This document shows positions 34,940-46,994 of a stretch of DNA of 64,000 nucleotides, one piece after another. The position numbers and the translations under genes were made by a program. Numbering within the stretch: the first letter of the stretch is position 1; each line of letters begins with the position of its first letter. Origin of the DNA: Alphaproteobacteria bacterium. Its GTDB lineage: Bacteria > Pseudomonadota > Alphaproteobacteria > Rickettsiales > UBA3002. The stretch spans positions 12,999 to 76,998 of the forward strand of contig JBBCHK010000008.1 in the NCBI GenBank assembly GCA_037200745.1, read 5' to 3'. Under the pieces are notes generated by a model, which saw only the letters and a program-made list of their open reading frames with translations, searched no databases and had not been told where the DNA came from.

Positions 34940-35341
34940 TTAGCCGGCCTTAGCCTCGTTGGGGCGGTGCTTGTCCTTGTAGTCCTTGATCGCCGCCTTG
35001 ATGGCGTCCTCGGCGAGCACCGAGCAGTGGATCTTCACCGGCGGCAGCGCGAGCTCCTGCGCGATCTGCGTGTTGCGGATGGTGCCGGCCTCGTCGATAT
35101 GCTTGCCCTTCACCCACTCGGAAACGAGCGAGCTCGACGCAATGGCAGAGCCGCAGCCGAACGTCTTGAACTTCGCGTCCTCGATGACGCCGGCGGCGTT
35201 CACCTTAATTTGCAGCTTCATCACGTCGCCGCAGGCCGGCGCGCCGACCAGGCCGGTGCCGATATTGTCCTCGTCCTTGCCGAACGTCCCCACGTTGCGC
35301 GGGTTCTCGTAGTGATCGACGACTTTTTCGCTATAGGCCAT
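34940..35341 (-). CDS. iscU: Fe-S cluster scaffold IscU
   Basis: GAPACGDVMKL, FKTFGCGSAIASSS, LPPVKIHCS. Confidence 0.95.
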   Translation of the reverse strand: MAYSEKVVDHYENPRNVGTFGKDEDNIGTGLVGAPACGDVMKLQIKVNAAGVIEDAKFKTFGCGSAIASSSLVSEWVKGKHIDEAGTIRNTQIAQELALPPVKIHCSVLAEDAIKAAIKDYKDKHRPNEAKAG

Positions 35342-35351
35342 GCTGGTCTCC

Positions 35352-36602
35352 TTAGTGGGCTGCCCACTCGATTTTTGAAATATCCACGCCGTCCTGCACC
35401 ATTTCCCACAGCGGCGACATGGCGCGCAGGCGGTCGATGGAGCCGGTGACGATCTTGATGGCTTCGTCGATCTCGGCTTCGGTGGTGAAGCGGCCGATGC
35501 CGAAGCGGATCGAGGTGTGCGCCAGCTCCTCGCCGACGCCGATGGCGCGCAGCACGTAGCTGGGCTCCAGGCTGGCCGAGGTGCAGGCGGAGCCGGAGGA
35601 AACGGCGAGGTTCTTGATCGCCATGATCATCGACTCGCCTTCGATATAGGCGAAGCTGAGGTTGATGCAGCCGGGAATGCGGCGCTCGCGGTCGCCGTTG
35701 AGGTAGACGTCCGGCACGTCCTCCATCACCGCCTTGAGGAATTTGTCGGCGAGGAAGCGGATGCGCGCGTTGTCGCTCGCCATTTCCGCCTGCGCAATTT
35801 TGGCCGCTTCGCCGAGGCCGACGACCAGCGGCGTCGGCAGCGTGCCCGAGCGCATGCCGCGCTCCTGCCCGCCGCCGCTGAACAGCGCTTCCAGCCGCAC
35901 GCGCGGCCGGCGGCGCACGTACAGCGCGCCGATGCCTTTGGGGCCGTAAATTTTGTGGCCCGAGATGCTCATCAGATCGATATTCATCGCCTCGACATCG
36001 AGGGGGATTTTTCCGAAGGCCTGCGCCGCGTCGGTATGGAAGAAGACGCCGCGCGCGCGCGTCAGTCTGCCAATTTCTTCGAGCGGCTGGATGACGCCGA
36101 GCTCGTTGTTCACCGCCATGACGGAGACCATCAGCGTCGTGTCGCGGATGGCGGCTTCGAGCACTTTCAGATCGATGAGGCCGTTCTCCTGCACCGGCAG
36201 GTACGTGACCTCGAACCCTTCCATCTCGAGGTGGCGGGCAGAGTCGAGCACGCATTTATGCTCGGTGACGACGGTGATGATGTGGTTCTTCTTCGCCTTG
36301 TAGAAATGCCCGACCGATTTGAGCGCGATGTTATTGGCCTCCGTCGCGCCGGAGGTGAAGATGATCTCCTTCGGATCGGCGTTGATGAGGCGGGCGACCT
36401 GGCCGCGCGCCAGCTCGACGCCCTCCTCCGCCTCCCAGCCGAAGGCGTGGCTGCGCGAATGCGGGTTGCCGAATTTCTCGGTGAAATAGGGGATCATCGC
36501 GGCGAGCACGCGCGGGTCCACCGGCGTCGTGGACTGGTAGTCCATGAAGATCGGCGTCTTGCGGGTGTTGTGGCCCTCGGTGGCGGTGGCGGATACGGTC
36601 AT
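35352..36602 (-). CDS. iscS: cysteine desulfurase IscS
   Basis: [10 protein letters not shown] (PLP lysine), SSGSACTS (active-site Cys), C-terminal IEWAAH. Confidence 0.95.
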   Translation of the reverse strand: MTVSATATEGHNTRKTPIFMDYQSTTPVDPRVLAAMIPYFTEKFGNPHSRSHAFGWEAEEGVELARGQVARLINADPKEIIFTSGATEANNIALKSVGHFYKAKKNHIITVVTEHKCVLDSARHLEMEGFEVTYLPVQENGLIDLKVLEAAIRDTTLMVSVMAVNNELGVIQPLEEIGRLTRARGVFFHTDAAQAFGKIPLDVEAMNIDLMSISGHKIYGPKGIGALYVRRRPRVRLEALFSGGGQERGMRSGTLPTPLVVGLGEAAKIAQAEMASDNARIRFLADKFLKAVMEDVPDVYLNGDRERRIPGCINLSFAYIEGESMIMAIKNLAVSSGSACTSASLEPSYVLRAIGVGEELAHTSIRFGIGRFTTEAEIDEAIKIVTGSIDRLRAMSPLWEMVQDGVDISKIEWAAH

Positions 36603-36725
36603 CGGTTCTCTCTGGTCGGGCGGCAGTTTTCCGCTCGAAAGCGGCAGCGCCTCTGTTGCGCTGCGGTGTAGAATAACATAGTCCGGGAGTCAACTATTAT
36701 CAAGCTGCGGAAACCCTTAATTTCC

Positions 36726-37836
36726 TTACGCCGCGCGGGCCCTGCCGAGCTTGCCGCAGGCCGCCTGCCAGGCAGCGGCGAAGGCCTCGATCTCGGTCAG
36801 CGACGTGCCCCAGCCGATACTGACGCGGATGGCGGTCTCCGCCACCTGCGGCGCGACGCCCATCGCCAGCAGCACGTGCGACGGCTCGATCCGGCCCGAG
36901 GAGCAGGCTGAGCCTGCCGAAACGGCGAAGCCGGCGAGGTCGAAATGCATCAGCTGCGTCTCGTTGCGCACCCCCGGCATGGATACCTGCGACGTATTGG
37001 ACAAGCGTTCAGCCTTTTCGGCAAAAATGGTGGATTGCGGCGCGAAGCTTTTGATCCGGCTTTCCAATTCATCGCGCAGCCGGGCCATCAGCGCCGCTTC
37101 CGGGCAGCCCGCTACTTCGCTGACCAGCACGGCGAAGCCGGTGATGGCGGTCAGGTTCTCGGTCCCGGCGCGCCGCCCCAACTCCTGCCCGCCGCCGCTG
37201 ATGAGCGAGCGGATGGGCAGGTCGTTACGCATCAGCAGCGCGGCGGCGCCGAGCGGCCCGCCCATCTTATGGCCGCTGACGGTCAGCATATCCGTCCTCA
37301 GCAGCCCCCAGTCGAGCGGGATTTTTCCGAGCGCCTGCACGGCGTCGCAATGGAGCAGGCCGCCGTGCTTGTGCACGATATCGGCGATCTGAGCGATGGG
37401 CTGGATGACGCCGGTCTCGTTATTGGCCAGCATCACCGAGACGAGCGCCGGCTTGCCGAGCGCTTTCAGTTGCGGCGTCGAGCGCGGCGAGGTCGAGCAC
37501 GCCGTTTCCATCCACCGGAATGGTCGCCGCGCCGAGCAGCCCGGCCGTTTTTCGCACCGAGGCGTGCTCGATGGCGGAGACTAGCAGCGGGCGGTCCGGG
37601 AAGCCGCGCAGCGCGAGATTGTTGGCCTCGGAGCCGCTGGCGGTGAAGATCACTTCGTTGGGGAAGGCGCGCAGCGCCGAGGCGATCTCCGAGCGCGCAT
37701 CCTCCAGCAGCTTCTTCGCCTTGCGCCCGGCCGCATGCACCGAGGACGGGTTGAGCGGCAGCATCTCGACCTCGCTCATCGCGAGGCGCACGGAGGGCCG
37801 CAGCGGCGCGGTCGCATTGTAATCGAGGTAGATCAT
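36726..37836 (-). CDS. second NifS/IscS-like class V aminotransferase, 1 frameshift near 37430-37510
   Basis: MIYLDYNATAPL, VSGHKMGGPLG, SAGSACSSG. Confidence 0.85.
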
Positions 37837-37847
37837 TTTATTTCCCC

Positions 37848-37970
37848 GTCATTGCGAGGAGCCGGAGCCGACGTGGCACCCGAGCGAAGCGAGAGAGGCG
37901 ACCGCAGGGAGCCAATCCAGTCCTTGCGGACGGCTTCTGGATTGCTTCGTCGCGATGCTCTGGCAATGAC
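37848..37970. repeat. family A repeat, long variant
   Basis: Family A termini plus an extra internal segment of about 45 nt that is shared, in inverted orientation, with the copy at 42805-42925. Confidence 0.8.
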
Positions 37971-38467
37971 GCCTTCTAAACATGCGCCAGCTCGCCGACC
38001 ATTTCGGCGAAACATCGCCGCCCCGGGGCAGCGCCTTGCCGCGCGGGAATTTTTCGGAAATGCGGCGGGCGCAGACATCGGCGAGGCTCAGGCCGCTGAG
38101 ATAGGTGTATATCTGCTCGCCGAGGCCTTCCCACAGGTCATGCGTCAGGCAGCGCGTCCGGCTGCTCATGCAGGCCTTCACCTCGCCGCCGCAGCGGGTC
38201 ATCTTGATCGCCTCCTCCGAGGCGAGGACGATGTCGGCGATGCTGATCGCATGCGCGGGGCGCGCCAGCTTGTAGCCGCCGCCCGGCCTCGCACCGAGGC
38301 GACGAGGCCGGCGCGCTTCAGCTTGGCGAATATCTGTTCGAGGTAGGCGGGCGGGGATCTCCTGCCGGCCCGGCGATGGCGGCGAGCGTCACCGGCCCCG
38401 GCGCCTTCTGCGCGGCGAGGTCGACCATCGCCATCACGGCGTAGCGGCCTTTGGTGGATAGGATCAT
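37849..38467 (-). CDS. iscR: Rrf2-family regulator (IscR-like), at least 2 frameshifts. The 3' end runs into repeat A4, so the true stop is uncertain
   Basis: [25 protein letters not shown], then [19 protein letters not shown], then [24 protein letters not shown] (Cys ligands), in three frames. Confidence 0.75.
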
Positions 38468-38523
38468 GGCTTGCCCTTGTTTTTCGGGGCCGGCATAGCC
38501 AAAACCCGCGCATCGCAACGGAT

Positions 38524-38940
38524 TTACCGTGCAGTGCCGCTCCGGCGCGTCGCCACCGCGAGCAGCGGCAGCAGGACAAATCCCATCTTGTCCATGGGCA
38601 AGGTCATGAATGGTTTGAGCAAATCGCCCAGGGCGAAGATGGCCAGGATGCTCGACAGCCCGACATAGACGATCGCGGTGACGAAGGAAGCCGGCTTGCG
38701 GCGGGGCGAATAGACCAGCCAGAAAACGACCGCCGCCCAGAGGACGACGCAGGCCAGCACGGCGAGCACCGCAGGCATGTGCGGCAGCTGGTCGTCCTCG
38801 TTCCCGGCGAGGAACTGCCAGAACATGTCGCCCGTGACCAGGTACAGCAGGCCGAGGATCAGCAGAAGCCCGAGCCAGAAGCCCCGATGCGGTGATGTCC
38901 GCCCCAGCCACAGGCCCATGATGAAGGACGGCGTGCGCAT
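38524..38940 (-). CDS. small integral membrane protein, 138 aa
   Basis: [35 protein letters not shown].. with 4 predicted transmembrane segments. Its ATG overlaps the cysE TAA (TAATG). Confidence 0.6.
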   Translation of the reverse strand: MRTPSFIMGLWLGRTSPHRGFWLGLLLILGLLYLVTGDMFWQFLAGNEDDQLPHMPAVLAVLACVVLWAAVVFWLVYSPRRKPASFVTAIVYVGLSSILAIFALGDLLKPFMTLPMDKMGFVLLPLLAVATRRSGTAR

Positions 38941-39600
38941 TATATCCCGCTGCCCTCGCCCTCGTTGGCCTTGACGCGGCGCTCCACGGCTTCGAGCTGG
39001 CGGCGCAATGCGTCGATCTCCTGCTGCATGGGGTCGATGTCCTCGGCGGAGATGCCGTAGCGGTGAAGGCGTCATGGACACCCGTCGCCTGCCGCGCGGG
39101 GATGCCGACCATGGTCGCGTGCGCCGGCACGTCGCGCACGACGACCGCATTGGCGCCGAGCGCGCGCCCTGCCCGACCGTCACCGGCCCCAGCACCCTGC
39201 GCGCCGGCGCCGATGATGACATCGGCCTCGATGGTCGGGTGGCGCTTGCCGTGGGCGAGCGTCGTGCCGCCGAGCGTGACGTCATGGTAGATGGTGACGT
39301 TGTTGCCGATGATCGATGTTTCGCCGATGACGACGCCCAACCCGTGGTCGATGAAGAAGCGCTGGCCGATCACCGCGCCGGGGTGGGATCTCGATGCCGG
39401 TGAGGAACCGCGCGATGGCTGGAGACGATGCGCGCCGGGCAGCTTCAGCCCGTGTTTTCCACATTTTTATGGGCGAGCCGGTAGAACAGCACGGCGTGCA
39501 GGCCGGGATAGCACAGCGCGACCTCCAGCCGCGAGCGTGCGGCAGGATCGCGCGCCATGATGGCATCGAGCTCGTCGCGGATTTTATGTACGGCACGCAT
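38940..39600 (-). CDS. cysE: serine O-acetyltransferase, at least 3 frameshifts
   Basis: [44 protein letters not shown], hexapeptide region [29 protein letters not shown], and own translation of the tail [39 protein letters not shown]. Confidence 0.85.
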
Positions 39601-39612
39601 TTCTATTTCTCC

Positions 39613-39680
39613 GCCATGCCCGGCGCAATCCGGGGCATCCATGGATCCCCCGGACGAAGCTCCGCTTCGCCGAGGATGAC
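39613..39680. repeat. family C repeat, left arm shortened
   Basis: CATGCCCGGCGCAATCCGGGGCATCCATGGATCCCCCGGACGAAGCTCCGCTTCGCCGAGGATGAC. Confidence 0.7.
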
Positions 39681-39767
39681 ATTGCAATGATGGAAAACTA
39701 TTGTATCGCAAGCGGCTTTGCGTTACCACGCCTTGCACGAAATACAAGGGTCCCATAGATAGGTTCC

Positions 39768-40479
39768 ATGCCCGAAGTCATTTTTCAAGGTTCCGAAGGC
39801 CGCATCGAGGGCCGTTACCACCATAATCCCGACAAGCAGTCGCCGGTCGCGGTGATCCTGCACCCGCACCCGCTCTATGGCGGGACGATGAACAATAAGA
39901 TCGTCTACCGGCTCTATAGCAGTTTTGCGAAAGCGGGCTTCTCGGTGCTGCGCTTCAATTTCCGCGGCGTCGGCCGCTCGGTCGGCAAGTTCGACGACGG
40001 TATCGGCGAAATGACCGACGCGGCCACCGCCCTCGACTGGGTGCAGCTGCAGAACCCCGACGCCTCCTGCTGCTGGATCGCCGGCTTCAGCTTCGGCGCG
40101 TGGATCTTCATTGCAGTTGCTGATGCGCCGCCCGGAGATCGAAGGCTTCATCGCCGTCTCGCCGCCCGCCAACATGTACGATTTCGGCTTCCTCAGCCCC
40201 TTGCCCGGCCTCCGGCCTCATCACGCAGGGCGACCGCGACGATATCGTCAGCGAGCCCGCCGTCTCGACGCTCGTCGACAAGCTGCGTGCGCAGAAGGGC
40301 ACCAACGTCGAATATAAGTCATCCACGGCGCCGACCATTATTACCGCACGCAGATGGACGCGCTGACGGGAACGGTCGAGGAATTCATCGCCCGGCGGAT
40401 GGACGAGATCAAGTCCCGCCCGCGCGTGCGGCCGGAGATAGAAAACGCCGCCAGATACCGGCCGAGCTACCCTCAGTAG
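39768..40479 (+). CDS. alpha/beta hydrolase (COG2945-like), at least 2 frameshifts
   Basis: [36 protein letters not shown]. Later frames give [25 protein letters not shown] and [32 protein letters not shown] with stop at 40477-40479. Confidence 0.7.
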
Positions 40480-41495
40480 TCGACGGCAGCGTCAGCGCCA
40501 GCGCCTGCATGCTGCGCGCCGCGAGGTAGGCGAACGCCTGCGCTTCGAGCGCATCCCCATCCCACATCATGTCCTCCACCGGCACGGCCTGCTTGCCGGT
40601 GGCGTGCGCGATCATGCTCATCAGCGTGGAGTTTGCGCGCCCGCCACCGGTGACCAGCAGCCGCTTCGGCGCCTGCGGCACCATTTCGCAGGCCCTGGCG
40701 ATGCCCGACGCCGTCATCGAGGCGAGCGTCGCCGCGCCGTCCTCCAGCGACAGGCCGGCCACCAGCTCCAGGCTGAAATGGTGGGCGGTCGAGCGATTTT
40801 CGGCGCGGGGGCCGAGAAGAACGGATCGTTCAGGAAGGCGCTGACGCGCCGGACGTCCACCTTGCCGCCGGCGGCGACGCGGCCCTCCTCATCGAAGCGG
40901 GCCTTGGTGTGCAGGCCGAGCCAGTCGTCGATCAGCGCGTTGCCGGGGGCCGCAATCGAAGGCGACCAGGTTGCGCGAGGGCGGCGGTCGACGGCTCGCC
41001 CACCCAGGTGACGTTGGCCCACGCCGCCGATAATGACCACCATCAGCGGCTTCTCCAGCGTGCGCGCCAGCGCCGCGTGGTAGATCGGCACCAGCGGCGC
41101 GCCCTGCCGCCGTTCTTGATGTCGTTGGAGCGGAAATCGGCGATCACCGCAGGCCCGTTTTCTCGACGATGAGCTTGGGCCTCGCCGATCTGCACGGTGA
41201 TGCCCTGCTTCGGCGCGTGGCGGATGGTCTGGCCGTGGAAGCCGACGAGGCGCACCTCCTCCTTCGCCTGCGTGCGCAGCTTCTCGATGGCCTCGACATG
41301 CACCAGCGTCAGCGCGCGGGCCACGGCATTGCGGTCGCCGACGCCCTTCATCAGCGCGAGGATGTCGGCGCGCAGCCGGTCGGCGTAAGGCACGGTTGAC
41401 GGAAAGCGAGGGCTCGGCGACGTCCCTTGCCGTCGGTATAGAGTAGCGCCGCGTCCACTACCGTCGGCGGAAGTGCCGCTCATCAGCCCGATCAC
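40409..41495 (-). CDS. anmK: anhydro-N-acetylmuramic acid kinase, at least 3 frameshifts. The 3' end is uncertain
   Basis: (V)IGLMSGTSADG, VRLVGFHGQTIRH, DFRSNDI, LLVTGGGRAN, spread over 3 frames. Confidence 0.85.
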
Positions 41496-41554
41496 CCCAG
41501 CACGGGAATTGAATCTTTGACGCCATGCGCGACATTATGCGAATAGGAAGCGAG

Positions 41555-42796
41555 ATGTCACAGGATTTTCTTTCCATCATCCAATCGCGCGGCTTCGTCC
41601 ACCAGCTGACGGACGAGGCCGGGCTGCGCGCGTTGCTTACGACGCCGGGCCAGCGCGCCCTATATCGGCTTCGACTGCACCGCGCCCAGCCTGCATGTCG
41701 GCTCGCTGGTGCAGATCATGCTCCTGCGCTGGTGGCAGAAATGCGGCCACACACCAATTGTTTTACTCGGCGGCGGCACCACCAAGATCGGCGACCCGTC
41801 AGGGAAGGACGAGACACGCCCGCTGATTACCGACGAAAAATTGCCGAGAACATGGCAGGCATCCGAACGGTATTCGGAAAATTCATCGACTTCAGTGCCG
41901 CCGTCATAGTGAACAACGATGACTGGCTCTCTGTACTGTCATTAAGGGACATGCTGGAACTGGCGCGTTATTTTTCCGTCAACCGCATGGTCAAGCAAAA
42001 GAGCGTGCAGCTGCGCCTCGAGCGCGACCAGGAAATGAGGCCTGCTCGAGTTCAATTACAGCGTCATGCAGGCCTACGATTTCGTGGAACTCTATCGCAG
42101 CCATCGCTGTCGCGTGCAGATGGGCGGTAGCGACCAGTGGGGCAATATCGTGGCGGGCATCGAATTGCAGCGCCGCTTGGGCAAAGGCAAAGCCGAGGAG
42201 GTGTACGGCATCACCTCGCCGCTCATCACCACGGCATCCGGCGCGAAGATGGGGAAGACGGCGGCGGGGGCGGTGGTGGCTCAATGCGGACCTCACCAGC
42301 CCGTACGATTACTGGCAGTACTGGCGCAATACCGAGGATGCGGATGTCGGGCGGTTTCCTGCGGCTGTTCACGGAATTGCCGCTGAACGAGATCGACCGG
42401 CTGGTCGAAGCCGGCGGCGCCGGGATCAACGAGGCGAAGAAAATCCTCGCTACCGAGGCGACATCGCTGCTGCATGGGCGCGCCGAAGCGGAAAAAGGCG
42501 GCGCAGACGGCGAGCGAGACGTTCGGCGGCTCCGGCGTCAGCGCCAATTTGCCGGAAATTTTCGTCACGGCTTCGGAGCTCGCCGAAGGCACGCCGCTTT
42601 ACGCGCTGCTGGTGAAGGCGGGCTTTGCGGCGAGCAACGGCGAGGCGCGCAGGCTCATCAAAGGCAACGGCGTGAAGCTCAACGACGCGCCGGTGACCGA
42701 CGAGAACCGGCGCCTTGCCAAGGAAGACCTCTCGCGCCGGATTTCGCCAAGCTCTCGGCGGGCAAGAAGCGGCACGTGCTGGTGCGGGTGAAGTGA
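41555..42796 (+). CDS. tyrS: tyrosine--tRNA ligase, at least 4 frameshifts
   Basis: [49 protein letters not shown] (KMSKS-like), and S4-like C-terminus [17 protein letters not shown]. Confidence 0.9.
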
Positions 42797-42804
42797 CCGT
42801 CTGC

Positions 42805-42925
42805 GTCATTGCGAGCGGCAGCGAAGCAATCCAGTCCTTTAGGCGGCAAGCTGGATTGGCTCCCTGCGGTCGCCTCTCTCGCTTCGCTCGGGTGCCGCGT
42901 CGCGCGCTGCGCTCCTCGCAATGAC
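42805..42925. repeat. family A repeat, long variant (inverted relative to 37848-37970)
   Basis: GTCATTGCGAGCGGCAGCGAAGCAATCCAG ... GCGCTCCTCGCAATGAC, with the same extra internal segment. Confidence 0.8.
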
Positions 42926-42927
42926 GG

Positions 42928-43991
42928 CTAGGTAGCGCGCATCGTGCCTGTAACAGCGGCCGCTTGATGATGCTCGATGGCGGCGGCATCGATTTTCGTG
43001 GCGGGCCGCTCGTCTTTTTTCGCCTCGGGCGGTGCGATTTTTTCCGGGGCCGGTGGTGAGGTTGCAGGCTGCTGGTGGGCAAGGTGGTATTCCTGCTCGC
43101 GGCGGGCTTCCTTGGCCTCGCGGCGCAGGCCGAAGAAGGGGCCCGTCACGCGGGTGATGACGAAACAGCCCGTCGGCGACGATGGCCGAGGTGATTCGCC
43201 TCGCTGATGAAATAATACGGCCCTGACGGAATGCATCGACTCGAAGACGCCCTTGATGGCGCCGCTCTGCGTACGCTCGATGACCGACTTCATGACGCCG
43301 GGGGATGTTTTCATCATCTCGGCGGCCTGGGTGGCGGCTTTCGGCGTTGCCCGCCAGCTTCGCCGCCGCCCAGCCGATCGTGCGCGAGAGCCGGGTGATC
43401 GGCCGGTCGACATACGCGGCGGCGCCGGTCGCCCCGGCCAGCGGGCTCTTTTTGTCCCAGATCAGCCAGTAGCCGAGATAGAACGGGATCAGCGCCAGGA
43501 TGCGCCCGCTCATGATGGAGGCCCAGCCCTGCCTGGGCGCCGCCTCGACCTCCTTCTCGGGAGCGGACGATGGCCGGATCGTCGGCCACCTGCGGCCCGT
43601 AGATATGCTGGTTGTATTTATGGACCAGCTCGGCCTTGCGGTCCTCGAGCCATTTCATCGGCGGGATGACAAGGAAGCCGGCCGGTCAGGAAGAATGTCT
43701 TGGTGATGTAGTACCGCATGCGCTCGAGCCCTTTTTCGGTCGAGGCGAAACGGTGAGCGGTCCAGTCCAGCACCGAGCGGCCGGAACGGGTGCGCTCGAT
43801 CCAGTAGATGCCGAGCAGGCTGAGGCCCACATTGGCCATGTAGCCCCAGCGACGGTAGGTGATGGCGTTGAACTTGTGCTCGCCCTTGGTCTCGAAATGG
43901 CGCGCAGGCGCGGGGGGCCGGTGCCGTCGCGGCATCGTCCCTTTCCTCGCGCGCGGGTTCGCGCAAATTGCGGCTCCTCGGCTTGCGCCAT
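42928..43991 (-). CDS. hypothetical membrane protein, at least 3 frameshifts
   Basis: Pieces in 3 frames: FETKGEHKFNAITYRRWGYMANVGLSLLGIYWIERT, MKWLEDRKAELVHKYNQHIYGPQVADDP, MSGRILALIPFYLGYWLIWDKKSPLAG, and a C-terminal Pro/Ala/Lys-rich tail. No family recognised. Confidence 0.45.
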
Positions 43992-44049
43992 GGACAGACC
44001 TCTCTAGCTTCGACTATAGCAGTACCGCTGGGGCGGATTTATGAAGGTT

Positions 44050-46990
44050 TCATGAAATCCAATGGGTTATTGCAGAAAAAACCGCATATTTATTGCCTGT
44101 CATTCCCGCGAAAGCGGGAATCCAGTCCTTCTTGGTGGCGCTCCGCGCGCTGGATTCCCGCTTGCGCGGGGAAATGACGGCTACTTGGATGGCGCCGGCT
44201 GCGCCAGGGCGGGGCGCCTCTTCCGGGCCGATGAGGCGGGAGGTGCCGGCTTCGTCCGGGTTGTCGGTCCCCTCGGCCGGGGCCGGCGTGTTCGCCCCGT
44301 CGAAGACGTTGAAGATGCCGCGCAGGAAGCCCGGCGTCAGGCCGGAGAGCGGGTTCACCGAAACCCTTGGGATCGCTGTATTTGCCGCGCACGGCGTAGT
44401 TGAAGGCGATCAGCCCCCTCGCCTTTGCCGCCCGCGAGCCTTGCCGATCAGCGGGATCTTGGTGACGATGGAGTTGAAGAAAATAGGCCGGCACCAGCAA
44501 CGCCCTTGAGGTCGAGGTCGGAGCGGGTGGTGTCGACGCGGCCCCTCGACGGTGATGCCGAGCGAGTTGCCGCTGGTATGGCCGTTCTTCACGTCGACGA
44601 TGCCTTTGAGGTGGTGGATGTCCGCCGTCATGTGGTCGAATTCGATGCCGTTGTTGGTGAGCATGTTGACCATGCCGGTGATCGAGGCGATCGACAGGAT
44701 GCGGGCGAGGATCTCCGAGTTGCGCAGCGTGTAGTGGTCGATGCGCAGCTTGCCGTCGAACGGCGCGGGTTGCTTGCGGTCGTCGTAGGTGCCGGTGAGG
44801 TCGAGCGTGCCGTCGAACACGCGGTCGGAGATGTTGAGGGCGCGGAATGAGGTCGCCCGCGTTGCTGCCGGTGATGGAAAGCCGGCGCGGCCCGTTCGCG
44901 TGGTCGATGACGGCGTGCAGCGCGGCGCGCCCGGCGGTCGCCGAGATGTCGGCGCTGTCGCAGCGCGCGCGGCCGCAGGCGAGCGTGCCGTGGACGTCGT
45001 GCAGCGAGCCCGTCTCTGTCAGCGCCAGCTCGTCCAAGGCGAGGGTAGAGCGTGATGGGCGGGGAAATCGGCGAGCAGGGTGGTTGTCGCCGCCCTGCGC
45101 CGCGTAGGAGGTCGAAGCGTCGAGCCGCTTGCCGCTGAGGGCCGACGCTGAAGCCGCCGGCCGTTCACCGCGTAGTCGAGGCCGAAATCGTTGAGGTCGG
45201 GTCACGATGCGCGGCATGTGCAGCGCGGCGAGCTTGCCGTCGGCCCGAGGCTGAGGCTGCCGCCGTCCGCGTGCAGGTCCTGCGCGTCGAGCGAGATGCC
45301 GTAGCTGCCCTTGCCGGCGGGCGGTGACGCTGCCGCTGCCGCGCTCCCGCCGCGCCTTGCTCCACGACAGCCCGGGGATATTCAGCGCGAGGTCTGTGAC
45401 GTCGAACGTCGCGCGCTTGAGCCTGCACGTCGTGGTCGGCGAAGCCCAGCTGCGCGTTGAGGTTGATGCTGCCGTCGCCGATCTGCGGCAGGTCGGGCAG
45501 GCCCAGCGCGGCCGAAGCTCTTGCGCGGCACGCGGCCGGAGAAAATCGGCGATCACGTGGCCGTTCGCCGCTTCGGTGAGGGCCAACGTGCAGGCCGGTG
45601 CCGCCGCTCATCGCCAGCGCGCCGTCGAGCCGGAGGCCCTTGGTGTCGGCGTGGAGGAGCGTGCCGTCGAAGGCGGGAGAGGTCGCCGCGGCCGAACAGG
45701 CCCGGCTGCGCCACCTGTTTGAGCGTGGCGTCGAGGGCGTAGCCGATCGCGTCGAGATGCGCCTTGCCGTCGTCCGGGCGGCCGGAATCGGCCTGGAATT
45801 CGAGCGTCATCTTGGCGTCGATCTGGCCGGTCGCTTTGCTAGGGTCCATCTGCCAGTCGTGCGCGAAAGGGAATGCGGGAAGCTGCAGCATCGTCTCGAC
45901 GTCGGCAGCCGGGCGCGCTGAGGTCGAGCACGGCCTTCATCGGCACGTGCGGGTCGGAAAGGTCGGCATCGAGCACCGCCGAATGGACCGTGCCGCCGGT
46001 GAGCAGGACGCCGGAAGTGGCAGCGATGTGCATCGTGCGCCCGCCGAAATGCGCTGCGCCGTTGACGTGCTTGAGCGGCGGGAAGCCCGGCAGGTAGTTT
46101 GACGGTGAAGTTCTCGGCCTTCATGTCGCCGAGTGAGCGCATTCCTCGCGCAGCTGGTGCGTGGCGAGCTCCTGCGGCGTCACGTCGATCTTCACCGTCG
46201 CGTCGCGGGCGATGCCCTCGGTGATCTTGCTGATGGTCCACAGGCGCGTGTCCTTCACCATCGGCAGCGGCCAGTATTTATAGAGGCGCGTCATGTCGAT
46301 GCGCGGGATGGAGCCCTGCGCCTTGACGGCCCAGCCGGCGTCGCTCCTGCTCGCCGCGCCGGAAAGCGAGACCTCGACGTCCGGGAACTTGAACTGCGCA
46401 TGGTCGAGGGCGATGCTTTTGCCGCCGTCCTCCATGCTCGCCGCGATGTCGCTGGAGACGAAATCGAGCGGCTCGGCGAACCAGTCGGGCAGCGTCAGGC
46501 TGGCCTTTCCGCTGGTCACCGCCGCCTTGCCCGCGCTCGAAATAGCCCGTTGCCGTCGAAGGCGATCTCCAGCGTGCCGCTGACGTTGCCCGCGCCCTTG
46601 CTGCCGTTCGCGGCAGTCGGCGAAGATGCAGACGAGACTGCGTCGGGAACTGCTGGAGCTGCACGGCGAGCAGGTGCTCGCCCGTTCGCCGCCGGCCTCA
46701 GCTGCCCGGCGATGACCGGGCTGCTCAGGCGGGGCGTTGATGCGGCCCATGGCGCCGTCAAAGATGAAGGGCATCGCCAGCGCGCCGGTGATGGCGCCGC
46801 TTGGGCCCCGCGCGATGCGGAAGCCGAACTGCGTGCTGGTGAGCGTGGCGCCCGTCGCGTCGTCCTGCAGCGAGAGCGAGGCGTTGCGCACCTCGACCGC
46901 GCGGAACGGCAGCGCCAGCGGCGCGCTCTTCTTGCCCGTGCCGGCGACGAAGAAGCCGAGGAGCTCGTTCTCAGTCACCTTCGCCGCGCT
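44050..46990 (-). pseudogene. AsmA/YhdP-like (DUF3971-type) large envelope protein. The 5' end is missing and there are many frameshifts
   Basis: Fragments: LLGFFVAGTGKKSAPLALPFRAVEVRNASLSLQDD.., TRLYKYWPLPMVKDTRLWTISKITEG, LRIDHYTLRNSEILARILSIASITGMVNMLTNNGIEFDHMTADIHHLKGIV, and C-terminal NPLSGLTPGFLRGIF. No N-terminal transmembrane region is present. Confidence 0.65.
44099..44178. repeat. family B repeat
   Basis: GTCATTCCCGCGAAAGCGGGAATCCAG ... CTGGATTCCCGCTTGCGCGGGGAAATGAC. It overlaps the 3' end of the AsmA-like reading frame. Confidence 0.85.
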
Positions 46991-46994
46991 GCCG